Positions 28,501 to 41,900 of a DNA stretch of 64,000 bases are shown one piece after another. Every line of letters starts with the position of its first letter. Within the stretch, counting starts at the first letter, position 1. The stretch spans positions 107,694,001-107,758,000 of the forward strand of contig NC_042998.1 in assembly GCF_006345805.1 (NCBI RefSeq). The letters are read 5' to 3'. Both the position numbers and the translations under genes were made by a program. The notes under the pieces are model-generated. The model was not told the origin of the DNA, did not search any database, and saw only the letters and a program-made list of their open reading frames with translations. The stretch is from Octopus sinensis. Its lineage: Eukaryota.

Positions 28501-30959
28501 TGTTTTTTCGGGGGCATACAGCTGGTTTCAATTGCCCTAGCAGAAGCGTAAATAATTTCATTTAACTCAGTAAAATCAGGTTTTAATTCTCGTATTATTT
28601 CATTTGTTACATAGTTGCCAATTTGGATTTGTTTTTTATTTTGGTTTGTATTTGAGAGTTTATGAAGTGGTTCTCTATCATTCATACTTGTATGTCTTAC
28701 AACTTCAAGCGTATTCAGGATTTTCTGCCTCATTTCTGCCATAGACTCTCTGTGTTCTTCAGCAAATGCGAGATCTTCAGTTACTGTTGTTTTTTCGTTT
28801 TCCTGGCTATCTTTAACAGGTGCAATAGAATTTCTTGTATCTTCAGGCCTTTGCGTACTTTGGTCAGATGGCAGTCTTTCAATTAAGCCTCGTGGCGGGC
28901 TATACTGTTCATCTGATTCTTCATTTCCTTTGTGTCTTATATTTATGTCATTTTCCGTTGCGTGCTTGATCGCGCTTATTTCACTGTCTGTGAGTCTGTT
29001 ATTTCTAAGGATATCCCTCCTCACATTTGCCAATTTGTTCTCGTCCAAATAGGGCCTACTGTCTTGATTCCGTGTTCTCCATATACTGTAAGAGTTTGCG
29101 GTGTGTCTCTCTTGAGATGGCCTACCTAATGCATAGTAATAAGCGTATATTACTTCTTTATACTCTTCTCGGGTCCATTTGTTCCGCTTACATTTTTCTT
29201 TCTGTGGTGGTTGTGGTGGTGAACTTGGAGGGCTCGAGTTGGGGGATTTCCCGTTCAAGTGACCATCCATGTCCGTATTCGGAGAAGAGTTTGTGCCAGT
29301 TGATGACTTTTCGATCCCAGGCTGACTCTTCCCTGGGGGACGCGCTTCCAGATTAACCATAGGACAAGCGATTTGGTATACTGATTTAGTTTTCCTTTTA
29401 GTTTCCAAAAACATTTTGGTGCTACGATAATGTTATCATTTTTTAGCTTTGATTGGCTCGTGGGGAGACGGCCATCATTGCCGTTACAATTATAATCGTA
29501 CCATTATAGCAGCTGTAGTCGGCTTATTATTGTTATCATCACCATTACTATCACCATTATCACCACCATTACTATCATCATTATCATCATCATCACCATC
29601 ACCATCACCACCATCATCATCAATGATATTGTTTTATGTGTAGTCACAGCAGTATCTTATTATTGTTATTTTTGTTTTTTTATCATTATCACCATCACAG
29701 TAGTGTCTGTCTGTCTCGTTGGCTGGCTTGGTGGATAGATAGATAGATTATCAGCACTATTACTATCATTATTATCATCATCACCATCAGTGATATTTTT
29801 TTTTTTTTTTTTTAGGTGGGGTCCTATCGGTCAAAAAAAGTTCAGATGTTTACTACTATTAGGCTTAAGAAAAATTAAGGAAGGGATGTTCTGTATTGTT
29901 TGTGAATAGAGAAGTTGTGTTCGACCAGAGAGAATCTTAGCATCATCATGTTTTTTTTTCCATGTGCGTTTGTGTTATTGCAATAAAAAGTGTTTGTATA
30001 TTTCGTGTAAGGTAATATTGTGGAGGTTGAAGTTGACTTTTCTAGAGATGTTTGTATGTCCAGTTAGAAGAACAGGTGTGTTTTTACAATAAAAAGTATA
30101 TGTTTACATTTATATTTGAATATTCAGGGAGGAAGCAAAGAAAAGTCAGATTTTCATAGAAAGTTTTAGGGTTTTGCAAGTCCACAAAAAGAAAAGCGTG
30201 ATGTTTTTAGAGAGAAGAAAAAAAAAAAAAAAAAGGATGTTTACAGAGGCAATTGTGGGTATCAAAGTTTTTAAAGCTGGTCGAATGTATGATTGAAAAC
30301 TGTAGATATGTAAATTTGTAAATTTTCTTAACTTATTTTGAAGGGCTGTTCTGTATTATTTGTGAATAGAGAAGTTGTGTTCCACCAGAGAGAATCTTAG
30401 CATCATTATTTTTTCCATGTGCGTTTGTGTTATTGCAATAAAAAGTGTTTGTATATTTCGTGCAAGGTAATATTGTGGAGGTTGAAGTTGACCCCTCTAG
30501 AGATGTTTGTATGTCCAGTTAGAAGAACAGGTGTGTTTTTGCAATAAAAAGTATATGTTTACATTTATATTTGAATATTCTGGGAGGAAGCAAAGAAAAG
30601 TCAGATTTTCATAGAAAGTTTTAGGGTTTTGCAAGTCCACAAAAAGAAAAGCGTGATGTTTTTAGAGAGAAGAAAAAAAAAAAAAAAAAAAAAAAGGGTG
30701 CTTACAGAGGCAGTTGTGGGTATTAAAGTTTTTAAAGCCGATCGGATGTATGTTTGAAAGCTGCAGATATGTAAATTTGTAAATTTCTTAACCCACTTTG
30801 AAGAGAATTTCAAATACTCATGAGGTATTGTAGATGTTCCAGTCTTTGAGAGTTATTTTTCCCCGTTGCTAAACTGGCCCATATTAGTGTTTCTATGGCT
30901 TTCGGCCACCGAACTGTCAGCTTATTATTATTATTATTATTATTATCATTATTATTATT

Positions 30960-30994
<35 letters not shown>

Positions 30995-32887
30995 TATTAG
31001 CAGCAGCAGCAGCACTGTCAATATCATCGAAGACTGGGTATTTGAATTTTCTTGCATCATATTTTTGGAAATAAAATCACATAATTTACCTTCAGAAATT
31101 ATATTAACAGCAGTAGGATTTTTCTCTGAATACTGCTCACGTATCTGAAATGGTGCAGCTTGCTACATACATATATTCTTGACCACATTTCTTGAGAAAT
31201 GGCATTCTGTTTGATAAAGCTTCACTGACCACTAGAGTAAGATTACTAATGCTCAATAGTTTCCCTCTTTCTTCTCTACCACTACTATTATAGTTTTTGT
31301 TGCTCTGAACGAGACTGCTGTATACATCCTTCATACAAGCCCATATGATATACCAAACAAATAACCTGCTAAAAATAACACTCTCAAATCATAACTTATT
31401 GTCTTAATAAAGTGGTGCATTAAACAATGTAGTCTTTAATAAATTAAGAGTGAACAGTTGAGGTTGGAACAACTCTGATCATACATCTGTTAAACAAAAC
31501 TTACAGTTAAACAATAACAACAATTGACATCTGAAGGTTAAGTAGATACAAATCAGCTTGATGTTTTTACAAGAGAAAGGTTCTTACATAAGCATCTGTA
31601 TGTAAAACTGAAGCAAAGACAGTTTTCCAGCTAAGAAGAAGGGCTTGTAAGGACTGTTTCACAGGGTCAGACTTTACAGATAAAAGTCCTATCTTCATTA
31701 TTTGGGGAATTCTAGCCAGTTCCTTTTCCATTACAATAAATTCTTCAATTTTGTTCTGAATTTCAGTTTTATTTGGATTAATAGTTAAGAATTCATCAAA
31801 ACTTTCATAACGGTTTCTTGTCCAGAGGAAATCATATCTGTTGAAACTTTGAACATATGTTCTCGCAATATTTTCATTGGCTGTAGGAAAACATAAAACA
31901 CTATTACAAATTAAACAAAGAAATCAAAATGACATGCTAATGTTCATCATCATCATTTAATGTGCTATCTAAAATGTACCCAGTCTACTTTACAGAGTGG
32001 TGCTTTTTACTTGGCACCAGCAACAGTACTTTTTATGTGGCACCATCACCAATGTTCTTTATGTAGCACCAGTGCTTTTTATCTCTGCCTATCACTTTTA
32101 TGATATTCTTCTACAGGCTACCTCAAAGACAAGTGGCAATGACCTCATCTTTGTGGCTGGAGATTTTAATGGGCATGTTGGACAGCAATCTGTTATCTTC
32201 CATGGTGTTCATGGGGCCATGGAATTGGTTCCCGAAACAAAGAGGGAATTAGGCTACTGGAGTTCTGTGATGCAAGCAACCTATTAATCTGCAACACCAA
32301 CTTCAGGAAGCCAAATAGCCACCTGATAACCTATCAATCAGGCAACTCTGCTCACCAGATTGATTTCATCCTCACCAGAGAGCAGGATGCATGGTTGCTC
32401 TTAAATACAAAAACCCTCCCTGGTGAAGAATGTATCTCCCAGCATAGACTAGTCATTAGTGACATTAGAATTGAGACCAGAAGAATGCCAAGAAGCAGAC
32501 CAATCCAGAAAGGAAAGATTTGGAAGCTTAAGAACACTTCACATGGTCAGAGATTTAGGGACATCCTCACTGAGAAATTTGATGAGAAGGAGGAAGAGCT
32601 ACAGACTTATAACATAGAGGGTAACTGGAAATTCCTGCATGATAGTTTACTGAGTGCCACAGACCAAATCTGCAACTGGTGCAAAGTCACTTTCTGATCA
32701 AGAAAACTATGGCTGAGATAGAGCGAGATTAGGAAGATTATACATTGAAGAGTCAATTTAAATAATTAGTCTACAAAAGTACATATTAGTAATGAAGGAA
32801 TGAATGAAAAAAACGATAGAATATCTTAGCAGTGCATAATAGGGTGCCAACAGATACTAACACTGGAATGAGTTGCATGAAAATCAG

Positions 32888-32945
<58 letters not shown>

Positions 32946-35900
32946 ATGCAAGATAGAAGTAAGCTGCTAATAAAGAAATCACAACTGTTAAAATTTATGT
33001 ATTTTCATGTCAATTTCTACAGTTGTTAGCCTCAGGTCAGTTATAATCAAATAAACTTATGATCAAATGAACACCAACCTTGACCATTCCATCATTTTTT
33101 ACAGACACAGGATGCATGATGATGATAAGAGTAACTAAGATTAGATTATTCAAGGTTTCTTTGATCATTTTTAAGCACGGCAGTATGATTTGGGTGAGAT
33201 TTAGCTATCATTCTTAACAGGTCAAATAACCATTAGCTTGCCAATTTCTACTGCCTCCTTAGTGTAAGAATCAGAGGGCTGGTTACTTGGTTTCTGTCGT
33301 GTTTAAGTAAGATACTAGTCCATCACAGGATTACTCATTTACAGCTGAGTGGAGTGGAGTAACATGAAATAAAGTGTTTTGCTTAAGAACACAATGCATT
33401 GTCTGGTCTGGGAAGTGAAACCATGATCTTGCAATCATGAATGCAACCACTTGGCAATGTGCCTTCATTAATGGAAGAACCAGAGCTGAAATAATTAGAC
33501 TTTTGCGATAAGAAACAAAAAGTTATAATAAATAATTTTCATTGATGATTAGACTGCAGAACTAATTCTCAGAAAATAGAAAAAGAATTCCACAATACAA
33601 CATATTTTACCAAAAATACAGAATTTCTAACTTAGCTTTGATAACAGATAAGTGAAAATATTTTTCATTTGCTTCTATCATCATTTTGTTTATCATCATT
33701 TACTTTTATCTTTCAGAGTCTCCCTTTCTATAATGGAATTTTTCTTTGAAGTCATCATAATGATATGTATATCCAGAAACAATAATATTTAAGGATGAAA
33801 GAATTTTTTTCCCCATTATAGACTTTACATCTTTCAGAATTGTGCCAAATCGAAAATTTCTCTGTTTCCATTTTTAGATCATATGAACCTAAGATGTTAG
33901 AGTTAATAGTCTGAGTGAAACTGTTAAAGCAACTTTGCTGTGACTGTAATGAAGATATTTAACTGTCAAGAGTCTAGTTAACTGCAACAAGTAGTAGGGG
34001 TTATTACAGTATTAGTACTAAGTATTTTCTTAGCTTGTGACACTGAGTTCAAATCCTTTCAGGGATGTATAGCTTGAAAAGAAGTGATTCTCACTCAATT
34101 AATGATGGCAATAGTGTCATCATTGCCATTGTCATCATCATCATCATAATTTAATATCAGTCTTCCATGCTGGCATGGCTTGGATGGTTTGACAGGATCT
34201 GAGAGGGAAGTCAGTGCCATGCTCCTATGTAAAATTATATTTCCTTGATAATGGAAAGGTTTGATGATGGAATGATTGTGATTTTTTACTTCACTGATTA
34301 CTTTTCAATATCAATGCCACCAGAAACATGCTAATTATTTTAAAACGTGCAACATCATGGGTTAGCAACCATTATCTCAGCCTATGCCCCTCAGCCAGGG
34401 CTACCTGATGGACAGAAAGACCAATTTTATGACACCCTCTTGCAGACTACCTCATTGACGAATGACAGGGATCTTCTCTTTGTGGCTGGTGACTTCAGTG
34501 GACATGTTGGACAACATGCAGGGGGCTTCCATGGCATACATGGAGGATATGGTTTTGGTTCCCGCAATTAGGAGGGAACCAGGCTGCTGGAGTTCTGCGA
34601 TGCAAATGACCTTATGGTTTGCAATACTAATTTCAGGAAGCCTGCAAGTCACCTAGTCACCTACCAATCTGGTAGACACACTAGCCAAAATGACTACATC
34701 CTTGCCAGAAAAAGGGAAAGATGGCTGCTTATATAATACCAAAATCTTTTCAGGTGAAGAATGTACCTCACAACATAGACTAGTAGTTAGCGACTTCAGG
34801 ATCAGAGCTAAATGGATGCCCATTAGACAACAAACATGGAGAAGATGGGTTTAGAAGCTTAAAGATCCTGCAAATGGACAGAGATTTAGAGATGTATTAC
34901 TTGAAGCTTTTGATGAAATAGAGGGGGATATAGCATCACATGATGTGGAAGACTACTGGAGGTTTCTACAGGACAACCTGCTGAGGGCCACTGATCAGAT
35001 CTGTGGATGGTGCAAAGTCCCCTCTTGACCCAAGGTAACGTGGTGGTGGAACAATGTTGTTGACAGGGCAATTAGGGAAAAGAAACAAGCTTGGAAGGAC
35101 TGGAAGAACGGTGATAGCAGGGAAATGTATCAGATTGCCAGAAGGGAAGCTAGGAGACAGGTTTATTTAGCCAGAGGGGAAGCAGATAAGCAAAAATTTG
35201 CCAATGTTCTGCACTGTGAGGAACAAAGACATGAGGTATTTCATGTTGCAAGACAGTGTGTGAGAAAGCATCGTGATATTGTAGGAGAAAAATGTGTCCA
35301 CATGGATCACGGTTCACTTGCATTAAACGAGGCTGCAAAGAGAGGGGTTTGGAGATGCCACTATGAAAGGTTGCTAAATAAAGAGAATGAATGGGAGAAA
35401 GAGAGTCTGCCGAATGCTGACCCAACAGAGGGACCAGCTATCTGAATTGACAGTACCTTGGTAGATAAAGCAATTAAGGGTATGAAGACAGGAAAAGCCC
35501 CCAGCCCATCAGGAATCACCGTACAGATACTCGAAATATCTGGTGGTGTTGGCTATAGCCTAGTCACCTGTATAGTTAACCAGGTGATATACGAAGGAGT
35601 CATACCCAATGACTTGTGTAGCAGCATAATAGTCAACTGCTACAAAGGTAAAGGTGATGCTTTAGATACAAATAATTACAGAGGTATCAAGTTGTTGGAT
35701 CAGGTAATGAAGGTCACGGAGAGGGTCATAGCCCAACTAATTAAGGAGAGAGTCAGTTTAGATGAGATGCAATTTGGGTTCGTGTCAGGGAAAAGCACCA
35801 CTGATGCTATATTTCTGGTAAGATAGCTGCAGGAGAAATACTTCGCCAAAGATAAACCTCTGCACCTGGCTTTCGTTGACATGAAGAAAGCCTTTGACAG

Positions 35901-38900
35901 GGTCCCCTGATCCCTTATCTGGTGGTCAATGAGGAAACTAGGGATAGATGAATGGCTAGTGAGAGCTGTGCAAGCAATGTACAGGGATGCTGTCAGTAAA
36001 AAGAGGGTTGGCAATGAGTACAGTGAAGAATTCTGGTTAGGGGTAGGGGTCCACCAAGGGTCAGTCTTCAGTCCCGTCTTATTCAACATAATCCTCCAGG
36101 CAATAACTGAGGAATTCAAGACAGAATGCCCCTGGGAGCTCCTCTATGCTGATGACCTTGCTCTAATTGCTGAGTCACTATCAGAACTAGAAGAAAAGTT
36201 TCAGTTGTGGAAGCAAGGATTAGAATCGAAGGGCCTAAGAGTCAACCTAGCTAAAACCAAAGTTTTAATAAATAGGAAGGCAGACAAACCACAAATCCCT
36301 TCAGGTAGATGGCTCTGCTCATTTTGTAGAAAGGGCATAGGTAGGAACTCCATAAGATGTAAGCTATGGACACATAAGAGGTGTAGCAATATCAAAGGAA
36401 GGCTAACTGGGAAGATCGTTTTTGTATGTGGCAAATGCTCAGGTACTATAAGCACTGAAAATGTGCAGAGAACAGCTTCTGTCACACTCCAGGGAGAAAA
36501 ACTAGAAGTAGTTGACAGCTTCCGTTACCTAGGGGACCAAGTCAGTAGCAGGGGTGGATGCTCTGAAAGTGTAGCTGCTAGATTAAGAATAGCATGGGCA
36601 AATTTCAGAGAGCTCCTACCTCTACTGGTGACAAAGAGCCCCTCGCTCAGAGTAAAAGGAAGACTGTATGGCATATGTGTATGAACAGCCATGCTACATG
36701 CAGTGAGACATGGGCCGTGATTGCTGAGGACATGTGTAAGCTTGCAAGGAATGAAGCCAGTATGCTCTACTGGATGTGTAGTGTCAGTGTGTATACATGA
36801 CAGTGTGTAAGTGTCTTGAGAGAAAAGTTGGATTTAAGAAGCATCAAATGTGGTGAACAAGAGAGATAACTGCGCTGGTATGGTCATGCATTGCGAATGA
36901 ATGAGGACAGCTGGGTGAAAAAGTGTCACACCCTAGCAGCTGAAGGAATGTGTGGAAGAGGTAGCCCCAGGAAGACCTGGGATGAGATGAAGCACGACCT
37001 TTGAACAATGGGCCTTACCGAGTCAATGACTAGTGACCGAGACCTTTGAAGATATGCTGTGCTTGAGAAGACCAGACCTGCCAAGCCAAGTGAGACCATA
37101 ACCCATGGCCTATGCTAGTGGGTGTAACCAGCCCACTTATGAGTACCCCTCATTCATTGAACAATAAACTTTGCTTGTGAAGACTTGTTGAGGCAAGTGA
37201 AATCAAAAAATCAAAATTGCTGACATGGCCGATGACAATATTGCCCAATTGGCACTCGTGCCAGTGGAACATTAGAAGCACCATCTGAGTGTGATCGTTG
37301 CCAGGGTCACGGATTAGCTCCCATTCCGGTGGCACATAAAAAGCACCATTGGAGTGTGATCGTTGCCAGCGTTGACTTACTGGCACATGTGCTGGTGACA
37401 TGTGAAAAACAATATTCGAGCATGGTTGTTGCCAGTGCTGCTGGACTGGCTCCCATGCAGGATGCACATAAAAAACACCTTTTGAGTGTGGTCATTGCCA
37501 GAACTGTCTGACTGGCCCTTGTGCTGGTGGCACATAAAAGCACCCACTACACTCTCGGAGTGGTTGGCATTAGGAAGAGCATCCAGCTGTTGAAACTTTG
37601 CCAGATCAGATTGAAGCCTGGTGCAGCCTTCTGGCTCATCAGTCCTCAGTCAAACCGTCCAACTTATGCTAGCATGGAAAGCTGGTGTTAAACAACGATG
37701 ATGATGATTAGAAATAGATTCTTAAGCAATGCTCTATGGTATATTAGACAACTTTTCCTCATGCACAAGCAGTTTTCACATACCATCAGATTATAATTAC
37801 TAATATATCATACACACTCTCTCTCTCTATCTTATCCATCACTACAACTTCACTGGTTTTTCTATGATGATTTACTCTTTGAATAAAGCACACACATCAC
37901 CAAATAATACTCAAAAACTAAAAGCATAATCATTCAATTGTTGAACCTGCATGTCCTCTCTTGTGGTTATAATTTCAAATATATTTCATAAGGCTTGGAA
38001 TACATTATTTTATCATATTCAAGTGAGAAACTCACAACACAAGAAACTTTTACTAAGGGGATAAAACTATTCATCTTACCTGACAGTGACTTTTCAATTG
38101 CTTTAAAGACATCATTGATTCTTTCATTCTTCACAATGTTATCATGGAAGTAGTCATCAAATATATCAATTAAAGGGATTCCTGAAAGGGATAGAAGCTA
38201 CTGATAAGAGCTCTTTATATATTATTTAGGTCAGCTTATCTGTAGCTACTTGTAGGTACTTATAGATGCTACTTGTAGGTGCTCACAAAAACTCCTATAT
38301 ATTTTAGTCAGTATAGGATTAACACAAGGTACACAACCAGATACCGACTCATGTAAAATATAACTTTGCTTTACATTGGATTACTTTTATATGCATCTAA
38401 CACACACAAAAACAAATTAATCCAACTGATAAGAAATCTTTCACTTCCCCTACCAATAGTGCACATTATTGATGCATCAACCTCATCTTCTGCCACCCAC
38501 TTACCACCACAAATATAGTATTTTCTTCCCATAAATACAGTCACTTCATAGTTTCTTCTGTTGCAATATATAAGAATTTAATGTATTAAACACTGACCCT
38601 AGATGTTTTGGCTTCCCTCTCTGTGTCAACAGTAATCTCTGTTCCTCAGAGCTGACTGGTTTTATGCCACCTCTACTCAGGCACTTCTGACTTGCTCATC
38701 TCTTCTCTCCTTGTCACCCATATCATGTATCCACCCAGGCCTTCCCCTAATCACTATGTATGATCCTTCTTCTGAAAAATATTGGCCATCTGAAATTCAA
38801 TCCTTGCATATCTTTTTCCTTTAGCTGTTGACTAGCAACTGTTTGACAGGAATATCAATTATATCATTTTTACTGGCACTGGAGGGTCTATAAAGATCAT

Positions 38901-41900
38901 GGCCAGCCACAACTACTCCCTCTAGACCAAACTAATAAAGAAAAGTAAAAAGATAAATCATATTCAGTTATACCTACTCTTTGGTTCAAGAAAGCCTAAA
39001 AAAATGTACAGACATTGCGTCATCTTTTCACACAATTAGCAGAAACCATAAAACATACACAAATAAAAATAATATTTGATAATTCATTAAATGAAAGTCC
39101 TTGCTGACCTTTACTGATATCTTTGATCTTCAAAGCAATATTTCTAATTATATTGCTAATGACTGCTGCAGGTGGGTTCAGAGCAAAATCAGGTATGTTA
39201 TAAACCAGTACACTGTTGATACTGAAATATAATATCAAATATAGTTATTATGTCAAGTATTTGTTATACCAGTACACTTTTAAATTGAAATATTATATCA
39301 GGTATATTAGGAGAGCAACATTCTAACAGAAGTGATTGTAGTAGTAGAAAGCTTATGAATTGATAAAATAATTTCTATCAATTTCCAGAAGAAATGAACA
39401 ATCAAATTACTCTTTGAAGCATTCTCCACAAAAACCTGGAGCAATAAAATTGAGCTATACAGAGCCATCAGCCTTATGAATCACATTATGAAAATCAAAT
39501 CTGTTTGGTTGCTGTCACAGATAATGGAATGCTAAAATAAAATGAAAATTTTCAAATTTGGTATACTGATGCAAACTTTCGAGCTGAATCTGAATTTGGC
39601 ATTCATTTATTTCCAGAAAAATTTAGAAAAATGTTAGAAAGGTTCAATGTTTGATAACATTGTATCAAAATTAAAATATTTTTCTTTGGTCAGTAAGTGT
39701 TATTTCCTATTTGCCTCTATCTAGAAATCAAAAGAAATGACTACTATTCCCTTCAAACTTGGCTTTTGTGACTGGAATATCAATGTTTTGAAACTGATCT
39801 ATTTTCTATTACATTTCAGGCATAATCAGCACCGAGTTGCTGCAGTAGAAATATCATTATAGCAAATATTCTGCTCAATCCCACAGGTTTACTTGTCAGT
39901 TGCTTGACCTTAACCACTTGAACATGTCCCTTAGTGGATGACAATATGTGACCTCTGATCCTGAGCAGGAGTAGTGAAGGAACATGATAGCCATGTGTTG
40001 AGAGGGATTCTTTGGGGTCTGAATAGATGTAAGAAAAGCAAAGCTTGAAGGAAATATTATCCATTTTTCATACTTTCTAAGGGTAAGCAAATAGGAAATA
40101 ATAGTTGCTCCCCAAGGACAAAAACAGTGTTACACAATGTAATTTTTAACCAATCAGAAAACAGGAATCAGAAGCCAGTATTTTGTGTGATAACTGTCTG
40201 TCACAATATGATTCTTGTCAAAACTTGTGGTGATGGTTGCAGTGGTGAAAGTGTTACAGTTACACCATACAACATCCTTGTTTCAATGAAAACAGGCCAG
40301 ATTACAGCTTTGCTTGTTACTATGGAAACAGACACCAATGTGGGATTTATGGTCATGTGTATAATGGTGGCTTTAAATTGGCTAAACTTACCACAGTTTT
40401 TTAGATAAATAAATAGTGATATGAATACAAACTGTAATATACAAACCCATATATGCATACTTGACACACATACATACCTAACACATGCACACACACATGA
40501 GTACAAATGTAAATGCATGTGCAGATAGGCAAAAATGAATTCCATTTTCATAATTAGTATACAAAACTAAATTTGAAAATAACTGGAACAAAATGGAAAA
40601 AATACAAAATCTGTGACAGTAACTGAAAAGATTCCAAAAATCTTGTTGCGATCTTGCTGTCCATAACCAGAAACGGAATCAAGTCTGAGATATCAAAAAA
40701 CAATATAAATTTGTTGAAGGTAAAAGAACAACTAATGCTGTATACATCTTGAGAAACATCATTGAAATGCAATGGAAGTACAAGACTGGTACCTCTGTTC
40801 ACTGATTATATAAAAGTGTTTAATACAGTAAGCCATGAAGAAATCGATAAATGTTAGAAGAAATAAATCTAGAAGGGAAGGACTTAGAAATAATCAGCAA
40901 CAAACAGCAGCAATCAGAATTGGAAATGAAATAGGAATATATGAAAAGATCAAGAGAGGAATATGGCAGGGTGTCTTATCACCAGACCATTATACAGTAA
41001 AATAATTATGCAGTCTACTGGATGCCTAACAAGTATACAAACAGGAGGAAAAAACATCAATACTGGTTATGCTGACAGCACAGTTCTCATAGTAATAGTA
41101 GAGAAAGACCTACAAACATTAAGACTATTCTGATGAAAGTGGAAAGATAAGCCTGGGTCTAAACAGCAAAAATGATAAAATTGTAACCTCAAAAGAATAC
41201 CACCAATTTGCCATATATGAATTAATGGAATAACCTTGAAACAGGTTGGTAGCTTTAAATGTTTGAGGACCATCAGATGGGCAAAACATTATAGAAATTA
41301 AGTTGCAGATTGATAGAGGCAAAAGCTGCTTTCTGTGATATCAAAGTTATTGTCAAATGCATGTGAAGAAAAGAGTCCTACAATCTGTCTTTACATATAG
41401 CTGTGTGACTTGGAATATGAACACAAAAGTGCAAAACCTCATCAAAGCAGTACAGGAGTGGTTGTTGAATGCCAAAAATATACAGATAATAAGCGAAACT
41501 TTGATGACCTTACACAAGCAAAAACCACCAAGAAGTTTTTAACAACATAAAGATGTAACAGGTTAAGTTCATTGATCACATAAAAAAATCAAAAAAGTCT
41601 TGAACACTTGGTGACAGCCAAGCAAGTTGAGAAGAAGAAGAAATTGGGAGAAGGCAGACAATAGAAGACAAACAGGATGCAGATGTCCTGTAGGTACGGC
41701 ACATAAAAAAGGAAAGGACATTACGAATCATTACCCTTATTATACTGTAATACTAGTTGCAAATTTTGGCACAAGGCCAGCAAGTTTGGGGGAGGGGATA
41801 AGTCAATTACACCAACCCCAGTGCTCAACTGGGACTTATTTTATTGATCCTGAAAGAATAAAAGGCAAAGTTGACCTCAGTGGAATTTGAACTTAGAGCA

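Noticed and set aside
29414-29530. Possible HDV-like ribozyme at the 5' end of the R4/Dong element (cgt-ctcccc-acg mini-stem)
   Set aside because: I could not find matching P1, P1.1 or P2 pairings by eye; a covariance-model search would be needed
31090-31370. Minus ORF 31137-31334 near exon O
   Set aside because: No dynein motifs, it ends in a stop, and O joins P directly in phase 0
33780-33890. Possible exon GSYDLKMETEKFSIWHNSE
   Set aside because: Exon O already supplies the homologous segment and joins N in phase; no convincing donor
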